DNA of 64,000 nucleotides from Escherichia coli (GTDB lineage Bacteria; Pseudomonadota; Gammaproteobacteria; Enterobacterales; Enterobacteriaceae): NCBI RefSeq assembly GCF_030384885.1, contig NZ_CP128613.1; one strand, 5' to 3'. Shown piece by piece: positions 23,843 to 36,902 of this stretch (position 1 is its first letter; each line of letters starts with the position of its first letter). The notes under the pieces were generated by a model. It saw only the letters and a program-made list of their open reading frames with translations, ran no database searches and was not told where the DNA came from. The position numbers and the translations under genes were made by a program.

Positions 23843-24640
23843 ATGGACATTCGACTATTAGCAACGCTATGGTTATGGAATATCTCCCCTCGATTAGTCG
23901 TTATCGTCACGACCATTGCCTTCTCTTCCTGCTCGTGGGCTCGACTCACTCCCTGTAACAGTAAATCCGATATTGTTTGCCTGCAGTTGCGTGCGCAGCA
24001 AGGTAAATCATCGGATCAATACGATCTTGCATGGATATATCTAAAAGGGGATGGTGTAACGCCTAAAGATGATAAAAAAGCGCTGTACTGGTTTCGTAAA
24101 GCTGCAGAGAATGGTATGGCGGGAGCGCAGTATCGTCTTGGACGCCGTTATTATTCAGGTGATGGGGTGACATAAAATTATAAAGAAGCTTTTAACTGGT
24201 TTATGAAAGCTTCCGGGCGGGAAAATTCCTGGGGAATAGCCGCCGCACGCTACATGGTTGGGGTAATGTATTATCGTGGGCAGGGGGTTGAAAAGAATTA
24301 TACTCATTCTTTTTCCTGGTTTATGAAGTCGCTGAACGGGGCAGGTCGAGAGAAAGCAAGTAGGGCTTGCTACTTTATCGGTTCACAATATCTCAGTGGT
24401 CATGGCGTTACGCAAAACAACGACCTTGCCGTTGCCTGGTTTTATCTTGCAGCAAAATTAGGTTTGCCAGAGGCAATAGAGTATATATCGGGAATAGAAA
24501 AGCAATTCTCAGCGGAAATGCTCAAGCCCGCAAGAATCGAAGCGAACAGAATTAATGCCAAACATTATCTTGTACAGATACCTTTCCCGGAGTTATTGGC
24601 AGAGTCTGCGGCGGAAGTTGTAGTGAAGGGGGCAAAATGA
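23843..24640 (+). pseudogene. Sel1-repeat (TPR-like) exported protein interrupted by an in-frame TAA inside a Sel1 repeat
   Basis: AGGAGG 6 nt upstream of ATG 23843; N-terminal hydrophobic signal-like segment; four Sel1-type repeats (e.g. ALYWFRKAAENGMAGAQYRLGRRYYSGDGVT); TAA at 24173-24175 sits at a repeat position and the reading frame continues (GDGVT*NYKEAFNWFMKAS) to 24640. Confidence 0.7.
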
Positions 24641-25437
24641 AAAAAAGCGTATTGGCGTTCTCAATGCTATTTTTTAGCTATGCTGTCTACGGGGGTAATA
24701 GTATAGTGCCTCCGGCGAAGTATATGTCTTCGGATGCACTACCTCTCCAGATTGTCTACCGTTTTGACGATCACCGTTATATCATTTTAACAGGTGAAAA
24801 GCGGCATTACGACGGTGTTGATTATTGTTCAGGTCAATACTGGTATACTGATACACAAAAAAATATATTTTCCCGTGTTGGCGATACGCGTCACAACAAA
24901 TGGGTTCCGGAATCCATTGGTTCACGTTCTGCAATCACTCCCTCATATGACAGTCCACTTCCTGAAAATATAAAGTTTATTCATGATTCTGAAAAGTATA
25001 TTTTTGTACCTCTGGGGGGCGATCCACATAAAAAAGATAAAAATGGACAACTGATTTATGAATACCATGAAGTGCAAATGTCATCCGATTATGGCGCGAC
25101 CTGGAAAGATATCAACTTATCGGTTGAACCCGCGACCAGTGATACGCGATTGATTTTTCATGAGGGCCAGCTATTTATTGATGATAAGGATGGGTTTTAT
25201 CTCAGTCAAATCCCGATGCATAGTTTTTTTATGTATTATTATGATTATCACAGTCAGAATAATGATGTTAATCTGCCCAAAAATGTACCAGTCATTAAAA
25301 ACTATCGCGGTTGGGATCACATGCAGTGTTCAGAAAATGCAGAATTATCTGTAGAAGAGGCGGAACGTTTTCAACAAGATCGCCAAAGAAGTTGGGATTC
25401 CTGGGGCCGAAAAGGTGATGAAAAAAACTATAAGTAA
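24637..25437 (+). CDS. Exported hypothetical protein with a single Asp-box (SxDxGxTW) motif
   Basis: 266-aa ORF; ATGA overlap with the preceding gene stop; N-terminal signal peptide MKKSVLAFSMLFFSYAVYG; motif SSDYGATW; AT-rich. Confidence 0.7.
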   Translation: MKKSVLAFSMLFFSYAVYGGNSIVPPAKYMSSDALPLQIVYRFDDHRYIILTGEKRHYDGVDYCSGQYWYTDTQKNIFSRVGDTRHNKWVPESIGSRSAITPSYDSPLPENIKFIHDSEKYIFVPLGGDPHKKDKNGQLIYEYHEVQMSSDYGATWKDINLSVEPATSDTRLIFHEGQLFIDDKDGFYLSQIPMHSFFMYYYDYHSQNNDVNLPKNVPVIKNYRGWDHMQCSENAELSVEEAERFQQDRQRSWDSWGRKGDEKNYK

Positions 25438-25471
25438 TGTCAGTAATGCATCAGCTTAGTCTGGATTGAAC

Positions 25472-26137
25472 TTATAAATTACCTTCAATCATGATATTCT
25501 GATATTTGTTTAAGAGCGGTTTCATCCACTCAATAACATACTTAATGAATTCTGCATATTCGGTATTTGTTTGTGCCTTAGCTAACCATTGTTCAATTAT
25601 CTTTGCGCATTCATCTGAGGTAAATTCATTCCAGCTTGTGTAATCAAAAAATGTTTCACCATTGGCTAAAGGGTATAGTGACTTAATAGCCGGGGATAGT
25701 ATTTCAAAATCGCACTCATAAATAAAAAGACTAGCAACATTGTAATCCCATCCACCGTTAGGTTCCTCCTTGTAAGGATAGATAGAACAACCAATACGTC
25801 CATCACTACGGCGATGTTTTTTACGCAGAAAAATACGATGGCTTTTTTCGTATGCGTCAGTGTAATAATCGGGAACAGGTTGACTAAGAGCTGCACTGAA
25901 TGCTGTCAAAAATTTATCCCGTTCTTGTGGATGCATTTCCCGGTTGCATTGATAATTGATATTTATGTAATTATCTGTCCAGGAAATGTTACACATGTGA
26001 TTTTTGCTATTTACACAAAGTTCTGAGTTGGTAATGACTTCATTTATTTGCTGTATGCCCCAGTATTCACGGAAGAGCTCAAGTATTCTGATTTGTTGTT
26101 CTGCAATGCATATTGTTGTGTTGGTTGTGATTATCAT
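25472..26137 (-). CDS. Hypothetical cytoplasmic protein (221 aa), no motif recognised
   Basis: Long ORF in an AT-rich stretch, convergent with the preceding gene and downstream of the 417-aa gene on the same strand. Confidence 0.55.
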   Translation of the reverse strand: MIITTNTTICIAEQQIRILELFREYWGIQQINEVITNSELCVNSKNHMCNISWTDNYININYQCNREMHPQERDKFLTAFSAALSQPVPDYYTDAYEKSHRIFLRKKHRRSDGRIGCSIYPYKEEPNGGWDYNVASLFIYECDFEILSPAIKSLYPLANGETFFDYTSWNEFTSDECAKIIEQWLAKAQTNTEYAEFIKYVIEWMKPLLNKYQNIMIEGNL

Positions 26138-26196
26138 TTTAGTTATTTTGCTTCATTTCCAGATTTAAAAAGACATATCTTTCACTATTATTGCAG

Positions 26197-27450
26197 TTAA
26201 GACTGCTGATAAGACGTTGCCGTTGTCCGGCACTCCGGGCAGATAAACGCGTAAATCATCCCTTCGCCATATTGTTCAATATCGGCATAATCCAGTTGCG
26301 CAAGAAACATCATTGTGTGGGAACATTGCGGACAGAGAGGATATTCCGCGTCCTGAATCCAGGTTGGATGCCCGCCAAGTTGCGAGAAAGAGACAGGTAA
26401 AAATGGGTCTGCGGCAAATAACGGTGACCTAAGGTTTCCCTGTCTCATGCTGTTTACAGGGAGTCGACGCCATTCCGATACATCATCCGGCAGCCAGGCA
26501 GGCGGTGCAGACAAATGAGCGTTACCCCGTGAGTCTATGTAACCGAAAATGGTGCTATAGGCGGTGCAACATTCACACGTCACGACGCGAAACCTGCCTT
26601 TATCGCTAAGACCCGTTGCCTTCAGGTCAACGTCGAAAAGATTTGTTAGGGGCAATGCGCAATTTGGACAGGTATCGCTGCGTTCATCAACAACACGCAA
26701 AGCTTCGCAACACCCGGTGCTTTTCATCTCCAGATGAAAACAGTGAGGAAAATAGAGATTACGTCTCTGCCCTTCAGCGGTTAACTCCCAACCGGCCTCA
26801 TGCACATATTCTTCTGGCGCGATGTAAAGTGAACTGCGCCACAGCGGCGGGTTATTGCGCCAGTAGGCAAAACGTTCAACAACAACGTCATCCCCAATCC
26901 ATGCCAGACATTGCAGAATACAATTTCTGTTTTCTGCATCATCCTCAACCCGTTCTAACAGCGTATCGCGAACATCCGCTGGGGCGCGGTGGAAAGGCAG
27001 AGGAGAATAAGCGTCTAAATCATCATAAGAGATCCACTCTCGTAAATATGCATCCAGATTTGCCTGGGTAAACGCCGCCAGACAAAGACAAATCTCCTGA
27101 GCGTGTTCATATTCACCAGACGCAAAGCGTTCTGTGGCGCAATCAGCCATCAGCTGCGCTTGATCGGCAGTCAGTTGTTGATACAGGGCATCGGTGGGAA
27201 CGGGGCAGGGAGTCCAGTCGATTAACGCATCGAATTTCCGTGGCTGGTGAACTAATTTCAGCATGGCAATCGGATCGCTTAGCCCAGCAAACACATTCAC
27301 GGTCTTTTTATTTTTCCTGATATATTCATCGTGCTCACGCTGCTGTTGTGCCTGAACGCAGGGCATACAGTATCCGTCAGTACGCGCAGCGGTTTCCGGA
27401 AGAATGGTTGATGTACAAGCGGGGCTTTTACAGGGAATACGGTGAGTCAT
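26197..27450 (-). CDS. Cys-rich hypothetical protein (417 aa) with YwqG/DUF1963-like C-terminal region
   Basis: Long ORF; N-terminal CxxxC...CxxC cluster; C-terminal LGGHPTWIQDAEYPLCPQCSHTMMFLAQLDY...GMIYAFICPEC resembles the DUF1963 pattern as I recall it. Confidence 0.65.
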   Translation of the reverse strand: MTHRIPCKSPACTSTILPETAARTDGYCMPCVQAQQQREHDEYIRKNKKTVNVFAGLSDPIAMLKLVHQPRKFDALIDWTPCPVPTDALYQQLTADQAQLMADCATERFASGEYEHAQEICLCLAAFTQANLDAYLREWISYDDLDAYSPLPFHRAPADVRDTLLERVEDDAENRNCILQCLAWIGDDVVVERFAYWRNNPPLWRSSLYIAPEEYVHEAGWELTAEGQRRNLYFPHCFHLEMKSTGCCEALRVVDERSDTCPNCALPLTNLFDVDLKATGLSDKGRFRVVTCECCTAYSTIFGYIDSRGNAHLSAPPAWLPDDVSEWRRLPVNSMRQGNLRSPLFAADPFLPVSFSQLGGHPTWIQDAEYPLCPQCSHTMMFLAQLDYADIEQYGEGMIYAFICPECRTTATSYQQS

Positions 27451-27588
27451 AGAGGCGCTCCTTGCCTGAGGATATTAAGTCGAAAGAGATTATTATTAGA
27501 TATTAGGGTGTCACTATGGCACACAAATTAAAACAGCATTAATTTTATGCCACCAACCGAGGGTTATTTTTCTTTTATTTTCATGATA

Positions 27589-28491
<903 letters not shown>

Positions 28492-29361
28492 TTACCGCTT
28501 TCTCGAGTGTGCTTTCTGGTTGTCAAACCAGTGGAAATAACTGATCACGCCTTCGGCAATGGCTGTGGCGATTTTCTGGCGAAATGCCGCCGTGCCTAAC
28601 AGCCGCTCTTCTTCCGGGTTGGTGATAAAAGAAGTTTCCACCAGCACCGAAGGAACCGACGGCGATTTCAACACCACAAACGCGGCTTGTTCGGTATTGC
28701 GACTGTGCAGCTTATGCACCGGCTTAATCTTTTTCAGAATATGCGAGCCAAGCGTCAGGCTGTTTTTAATGGTATCGGTTTGCACCAGATCAAACAGCAC
28801 TTGCTGCAATAGGTGATCCTTGTCAGTCGCTTTTTTACCGGCAACTTCATCAGCGCGGTTTTCGCGTTCAGACAGGTATTTCGCCATTGCGCTACTTGCG
28901 CCGCGGTTAGAGAGAGCAAATACCGAAGCACCGGCAGCTTTCGGGTTAGTAAAGCCGTCGGCGTGAATTGACATAAACAGGTCAGCGCCATGTTTATGGG
29001 CGATTTCAACGCGATCGTACAGCGGGATAAACGTATCGCCAGAACGCGTTAGACGCGCATCAATGCCATGATTACGCAATATGGAACGGACGTTTTTGGC
29101 AATCGCCAGCACCACATGTTTTTCTTTCGATCCATTGCGACCAATCGCTCCGGTATCAATTCCGCCGTGGCCTGGATCGAGAACAACGACACGTTTGCCG
29201 CCACTTTTTTTGGCTTTCGGCTTACTGTGTCCGTTACTGGTTTTTAAAGGTTCTTCTTTGGCGATGGCTTGCGACATTCCTGACAACGTCAGGGCAGCCA
29301 ATCCGGCTTTCAGCACCTGGCGGCGCGAAGTGAGTGTTTTTAGTGGTTTAAAAGTGCTCAT
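28492..29361 (-). CDS. amiA: N-acetylmuramoyl-L-alanine amidase AmiA
   Basis: 289-aa ORF; twin-arginine signal (SRRQVLKAG); amidase_3 domain. Confidence 0.9.
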   Translation of the reverse strand: MSTFKPLKTLTSRRQVLKAGLAALTLSGMSQAIAKEEPLKTSNGHSKPKAKKSGGKRVVVLDPGHGGIDTGAIGRNGSKEKHVVLAIAKNVRSILRNHGIDARLTRSGDTFIPLYDRVEIAHKHGADLFMSIHADGFTNPKAAGASVFALSNRGASSAMAKYLSERENRADEVAGKKATDKDHLLQQVLFDLVQTDTIKNSLTLGSHILKKIKPVHKLHSRNTEQAAFVVLKSPSVPSVLVETSFITNPEEERLLGTAAFRQKIATAIAEGVISYFHWFDNQKAHSRKR

Positions 29362-29574
29362 ACGGCCTGAGTTGTAATAATAAAGTTCCAGATGTTATAT
29401 CGTATCGCGTAATCCGTTACGACCGTTTGCTGTTGAGAATTGTTTTACTTTTCATTTCAATAGTTGACAACTCCCCATTATGCCACTTTTTCAACCGATT
29501 TTCGTCAGATATTGGCTAATTCGACCGTTCACGCCATAATCAGCCTTTTAACCCGCAAAAAGGTAACGAATACC

Positions 29575-30000
29575 ATGGAGATACGCGTATTTCGCCAGGA
29601 AGATTTCGAAGAGGTCATCACCCTTTGGGAGCGTTGCGACTTGCTGCGTCCGTGGAACGATCCGGAAATGGACATCGAGCGTAAGATGAACCATGACGTC
29701 AGTTTGTTCCTGGTCGCCGAGGTGAACGGTGAAGTGGTCGGAACGGTGATGGGCGGTTATGACGGGCATCGCGGGTCTGCTTATTATCTTGGCGTGCATC
29801 CAGAGTTTCGTGGGCGTGGGATTGCTAATGCGTTGCTTAATCGGTTGGAGAAAAAGCTGATTGCTCGCGGCTGCCCGAAAATTCAGATCAACGTGCCGGA
29901 AGATAACGACATGGTGCTCGGAATGTATGAACGCCTGGGATATGAACACGCCGACGTGCTGAGTCTGGGTAAGCGTTTGATTGAAGATGAAGAGTACTGA
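29575..30000 (+). CDS. ypeA: GNAT-family N-acetyltransferase YpeA
   Basis: Start placed at [14 protein letters not shown] (ATG 29575), 141 aa; GNAT motifs. Confidence 0.85.
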
Positions 30001-30436
30001 GTTTCATCCTGTCCATTATGATGCGCACGGTCGCCTGCGTTTACCCTTGCTCTTCTGGCTTGTGCTATTGCTTCAGGCGCGAACCTGGGTGCTGTTTGTC
30101 ATTGCCGGTGCGTCGCGTGAGCAGGGTACTGCGCTGTTGAATCTGTTTTATCCCGATCACGATAATTTCTGGCTGGGGTTAATTCCTGGCATTCCTGCGG
30201 TGCTGGCGTTTTTGTTGAGCGGTCGGCGGGCTACGTTTCCTCGCATCTGGCATGTGCTCTATTTTCTGTTGCTGTTGGCGCAGGTGGTTTTACTTTGCTG
30301 GCAACCGTGGCTGTGGCTGAACGGTGAATCCGTTAGCGGTATCGGTCTGGCGCTGGTAGTGGCGGATATTGTGGCGTTAATTTGGCTTTTGACCAATCGA
30401 CGTTTACGCGCTTGTTTTAATGAAGAAAAAGAATAA
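29987..30436 (+). CDS. yfeZ: Inner-membrane protein YfeZ
   Basis: Hydrophobic ~149-aa ORF overlapping ypeA 3' end; synteny. Confidence 0.75.
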
Positions 30437-30496
30437 CGGCACTTTTTTGCAAATTCGCACTCCAAGCAACGTTATTGAATAACCAAAGGAAGTGAC

Positions 30497-31072
30497 ATGA
30501 AATCGCTGCGTTTAATGTTATGCGCTATGCCGTTGATGCTGACCGGCTGTTCAACGATGTCGTCAGTTAACTGGTCTGCCGCTAACCCGTGGAACTGGTT
30601 TGGGTCGTCCACCAAAGTGAGCGAGCAGGGCGTGGGTGAATTAACGGCGTCCACACCACTGCAAGAACAAGCTATTGCCGATGCGCTTGATGGTGATTAT
30701 CGCCTGCGCAGCGGAATGAAAACCGCGAACGGCAATGTAGTGCGCTTTTTGGAAGTGATGAAAGGCGACAACGTGGCGATGGTAATTAACGGCGATCAGG
30801 GCACGATCAGCCGCATAGATGTGCTGGATAGCGATATTCCTGCTGACACCGGTGTTAAAATCGGTACACCGTTTAGCGACCTTTACAGCAAAGCATTTGG
30901 CAATTGCCAAAAAGCCGACGGTGATGATAATCGTGCTGTCGAATGTAAAGCCGAAGGCAGTCAACATATTAGCTACCAGTTCAGCGGGGAATGGAGTGGT
31001 CCGGAAGGGTTAATGCCTTCGGACGATACCCTGAAAAACTGGAAAGTCAGTAAAATTATCTGGCGGCGTTAA
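30497..31072 (+). CDS. yfeY: Lipoprotein YfeY (DUF1131)
   Basis: 191-aa ORF with lipobox MLTGC; synteny. Confidence 0.8.
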   Translation: MKSLRLMLCAMPLMLTGCSTMSSVNWSAANPWNWFGSSTKVSEQGVGELTASTPLQEQAIADALDGDYRLRSGMKTANGNVVRFLEVMKGDNVAMVINGDQGTISRIDVLDSDIPADTGVKIGTPFSDLYSKAFGNCQKADGDDNRAVECKAEGSQHISYQFSGEWSGPEGLMPSDDTLKNWKVSKIIWRR

Positions 31073-31083
31073 TTTGCGTCTGA

Positions 31084-32067
<984 letters not shown>

Positions 32068-32090
32068 GCGCTTCTGATTCGATGATTAAA

Positions 32091-32123
32091 GGCCAGCCAG
32101 TATCACAACTGACTGGCCTTTTT
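32091..32123. terminator. Hairpin plus T-tract between convergent yfeX and yfeW
   Basis: ggccag...ctggcc stem followed by ttttt. Confidence 0.5.
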
Positions 32124-32124
32124 A

Positions 32125-33426
32125 TTACTGCTTTAACGCCGCATACACCTGATCCACCACCCAACCATAAGTTGCAATCGGTAGCTGACCGCTTTCGAAC
32201 ATATTGGGATTTTTTTGTGGATCGGCAACTGGTGAATGTGGCTTGTTGCTTAACATCACAATCGCCATATGATTCACCGGATCGATAACGGTCACCGTCC
32301 CGGTCCAGCCAGTGTGACCGTAGGTTTGCGGGCTTGCCAGCGTGCCAAACGTCGGCGTCATGGTGGCATTACCATTCACGCGCCAGCCGAGGCCAAAAGT
32401 AGCATCTTCCTTAGAGCTGGTGGTGAACATCTTCACCGTTTCCGCACTGAACAGCGTCACATCACCATAGCCGCCGCCGTTCAGCATCGTTTGCATTAAC
32501 ACCGCAATATCGCCGGTATTGGAAAACAAACCTGCGTGCCCGGAAACGCCGCCCATCGAATAAAAGGCTTTTTCATCGTGCACCTGACCCCAGAGAGTGG
32601 AGGTGCGGATATTCGGGAAGTGAATCACGCCATCGCGGGTATTGCCGTTCAGTTCCGTGGCGGCAATTTGCTGTGGTTTAAAGCCTTTCAGCAGCGGATT
32701 AAACACCGTATGCGTCAGGCCGAGCGGGCGATAAATCGACTCTTCAACATAGCGGTCAAGCGGCTGACCAGTAACTGACTCGACGATAAATCCAAGCAGC
32801 ATATAATCGACATCGCTGTAGATATGTTTGCTGCCGGGCTGATATTCCAGCGGCGTGCGCTTGATCATTTCCAGCGTCTGGCCTTTATCCTGGGAATATA
32901 ACGCGCCCGCGACGGCTTTATTTGGGTATTGCGGGTCCGCCGGGAAACCGCCGCTGTGATGCAGCAGATCAGAAATCCGCAGCGTGTTTTTGCCTTTGAT
33001 GGTGTCATTTGGACTGTCGGCAAATCCCGGAATATATTTCGCAATCAGATCGTCAGGATGTAGTTTGCCTTCGCTCATTAGCTTTTGTAGGGCGAAGTTA
33101 GTGGCGTACATTTTTGTGTTTGAGGCCAGGTCATACAGCGTCTCGGTGGTTGCTTTTACTGGCTGCTTCATTAACACGCTGCCATCGTACTTTTTCGCCG
33201 CGCCCCAGGCTTTGCGATACACAATCTGATTATCTTTAATGATCAGCAGGTTAACGCTGGGATAACCGGCATCAACTTGCTGGCTAATCCAGCGATCCAT
33301 CTGGTTAAGCCGTTCCACATTGAACCCTGCTTTCTCTGGCGAACTTTCTGTCAGAACAGGGTATTTTGCGGCGCTGACGCTACAGCTGACAGCCAGCAGA
33401 GAAAAATAGAGCATTGTCCGTTTCAT
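32125..33426 (-). CDS. yfeW: Penicillin-binding protein 4B / beta-lactamase-family protein YfeW
   Basis: 433-aa ORF with signal peptide; serine beta-lactamase-like fold motifs; follows murP. Confidence 0.85.
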   Translation of the reverse strand: MKRTMLYFSLLAVSCSVSAAKYPVLTESSPEKAGFNVERLNQMDRWISQQVDAGYPSVNLLIIKDNQIVYRKAWGAAKKYDGSVLMKQPVKATTETLYDLASNTKMYATNFALQKLMSEGKLHPDDLIAKYIPGFADSPNDTIKGKNTLRISDLLHHSGGFPADPQYPNKAVAGALYSQDKGQTLEMIKRTPLEYQPGSKHIYSDVDYMLLGFIVESVTGQPLDRYVEESIYRPLGLTHTVFNPLLKGFKPQQIAATELNGNTRDGVIHFPNIRTSTLWGQVHDEKAFYSMGGVSGHAGLFSNTGDIAVLMQTMLNGGGYGDVTLFSAETVKMFTTSSKEDATFGLGWRVNGNATMTPTFGTLASPQTYGHTGWTGTVTVIDPVNHMAIVMLSNKPHSPVADPQKNPNMFESGQLPIATYGWVVDQVYAALKQ

Positions 33427-33428
33427 AA

Positions 33429-34853
<1,425 letters not shown>

Positions 34854-34856
34854 GGG

Positions 34857-35753
34857 TTATTCCTTGTCTAAAACCTGACGAATAAAGCCGCCGTGTTGAT
34901 CCAGGCGTTTTTTAGCTTCTGCGGCATCGAGATTTTTCAGCACCATCACAATGGCCGTTTTGCAGTTGCGCTCGCAGGCAATTAACGCCGCTTCCGCTTG
35001 TTCGGCGTTACATCCGGTGGCGTTTTTAACGATATTGACCTGGCGCACATGCAATTTTTCGTTGGTGGCGACCACATCGACCATCAGGTTGCCGAACACT
35101 TTGCCGGATTTAATCATCAGCCCGGTAGAGAGCATATTGAGCACCAGTTTCTGCGCTGTGCCTGCTTTCATTCGCGAAGAACCGGTAACCACTTCGGCAC
35201 CAACCACCGGAGTAATAGCAAACTCAGCGGTGGTTGAAACGGCGCTCCCCGGATTACAGGAAATGCCCACTGTGCGGCAACCGAGTTGGCGTGCGTATTC
35301 CAGCCCGGCAATCACATACGGAGTGCGACCACTGGCAGCAATACCAACCACCACATCCTGTGCGGTTAAGCCGATATTTTTTAGATCGTTAACGCCACCT
35401 TCCCGGCTATCTTCTGCGCCTTCCACCGCGTGCTGAATGGCATATTCACCGCCAGCAATCAAACCAACCACCAGGCCCGGTTTGACGCCGTAGGTCGGCG
35501 GACATTCGCTGGCATCAAGAATACCCAGACGACCGGAAGTCCCCGCACCGATGTAAATCAGTCGACCGCCGCCGCTTACCTGGGCGTGGATAACATCGAT
35601 CGCTGCGGCGATATCCGGCAGTACACGCTCAACGGCGAGTGGTACGGTTTTATCTTCATCGTTGATAATCCGGCACATTTCCAGCGTTGATACGCGGTCA
35701 ATTTCAGCCGAAGCGGCGTTCGAGCCTTCGGTAATCATCTTTTCAAGTTGCAT
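34857..35753 (-). CDS. murQ: N-acetylmuramic acid 6-phosphate etherase
   Basis: 298-aa ORF, SIS domain; first gene of murQP. Confidence 0.9.
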   Translation of the reverse strand: MQLEKMITEGSNAASAEIDRVSTLEMCRIINDEDKTVPLAVERVLPDIAAAIDVIHAQVSGGGRLIYIGAGTSGRLGILDASECPPTYGVKPGLVVGLIAGGEYAIQHAVEGAEDSREGGVNDLKNIGLTAQDVVVGIAASGRTPYVIAGLEYARQLGCRTVGISCNPGSAVSTTAEFAITPVVGAEVVTGSSRMKAGTAQKLVLNMLSTGLMIKSGKVFGNLMVDVVATNEKLHVRQVNIVKNATGCNAEQAEAALIACERNCKTAIVMVLKNLDAAEAKKRLDQHGGFIRQVLDKE

Positions 35754-35916
35754 CGGTGGTGACCTTACTATTTACGATCAAATAATTGCAGATGGATGGA
35801 ATCATATATCCCGAATTGACAGACTTAAAGGAATCATTGAGTCTACACTCGCAGAGTGTGAAGAGCGTCATAAGAACTTAAGCGGAATTTTTGCTGCCAG
35901 CCCAGGAGAGTGGAAG
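35754..35916. promoter_or_regulatory. Divergent murQ / murR control region
   Basis: 163-bp intergenic region between divergently transcribed murQ and murR; individual sites not resolved. Confidence 0.35.
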
Positions 35917-36774
35917 ATGTTGTACCTGACGAAAATACGCAATGCAGAAAGTGAATTTACCGAGAACGAGCAAAAAATAGCTGACTTTCTGCAGGCTAAA
36001 GTGAGTGAGCTGAAATCCGTCTCTTCGCGCAAGATGGCGAAACAGCTCGGCATCAGCCAGTCGAGTATTGTGAAGTTTGCCCAAAAGCTCGGCGCGCAAG
36101 GATTTACTGAATTGCGTATGGCGTTAATTGGCGAATACAGTGCCAGCCGGGAGAAAACGAATGCCACGGCGCTGCACTTGCACAGTTCGATTACCAGTGA
36201 CGATTCGCTGGAAGTGATTGCCCGTAAACTGAATCGCGAAAAAGAGCTGGCACTGGAGCAAACCTGCGCCTTACTCGATTACGCGCGGCTGCAAAAAATC
36301 ATTGAGGTCATCAGTAAAGCGCCGTTTATCCAGATAACAGGCCTGGGCGGGTCGGCGCTGGTGGGGCGCGATCTTTCATTCAAACTGATGAAAATTGGTT
36401 ATCGCGTGGCCTGTGAAGCCGACACGCACGTACAAGCTACCGTTTCCCAGGCGTTGAAAAAAGGTGATGTACAAATCGCTATCTCTTACAGCGGCAGTAA
36501 AAAAGAGATTTTGCTATGCGCCGAGGCAGCGCGAAAGCAGGGGGCAACGGTGATTGCCATTACTTCACTGACTGACTCTCCGCTGCGGCGGTTGGCACAT
36601 TTCACCCTCGATACCGTTTCTGGTGAAACCGAATGGCGTAGCTCGTCGATGTCCACCCGCACGGCACAAAATTCGGTTACCGATTTACTGTTTGTTGGGC
36701 TGGTACAACTTAATGATGTCGAGTCATTGAAAATGATTGAGCGCAGCAGTGAGCTAACGCAACGCCTGAAATGA
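35917..36774 (+). CDS. murR: RpiR-family repressor of murQP
   Basis: Start placed at [14 protein letters not shown] (ATG 35917), 285 aa; HTH plus SIS domain. Confidence 0.85.
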   Translation: MLYLTKIRNAESEFTENEQKIADFLQAKVSELKSVSSRKMAKQLGISQSSIVKFAQKLGAQGFTELRMALIGEYSASREKTNATALHLHSSITSDDSLEVIARKLNREKELALEQTCALLDYARLQKIIEVISKAPFIQITGLGGSALVGRDLSFKLMKIGYRVACEADTHVQATVSQALKKGDVQIAISYSGSKKEILLCAEAARKQGATVIAITSLTDSPLRRLAHFTLDTVSGETEWRSSSMSTRTAQNSVTDLLFVGLVQLNDVESLKMIERSSELTQRLK

Positions 36775-36902
36775 TGCATAAAGCAGCGACTGGATTGAGA
36801 TTTTCCTGAATTAGTGAGCTGATCCGCAGCAATATTTTGTTTATCCTGTATTTTCAGAGGGAATGGAGTGTAACGCTCTGTATTAACAAGGAGAGCATTA
36901 AA

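Noticed and set aside
23736-27588. Islet as a prophage remnant, IS or integrative element
   Set aside because: No integrase, transposase, terminal inverted repeats, flanking direct repeats or tRNA target could be found by eye.
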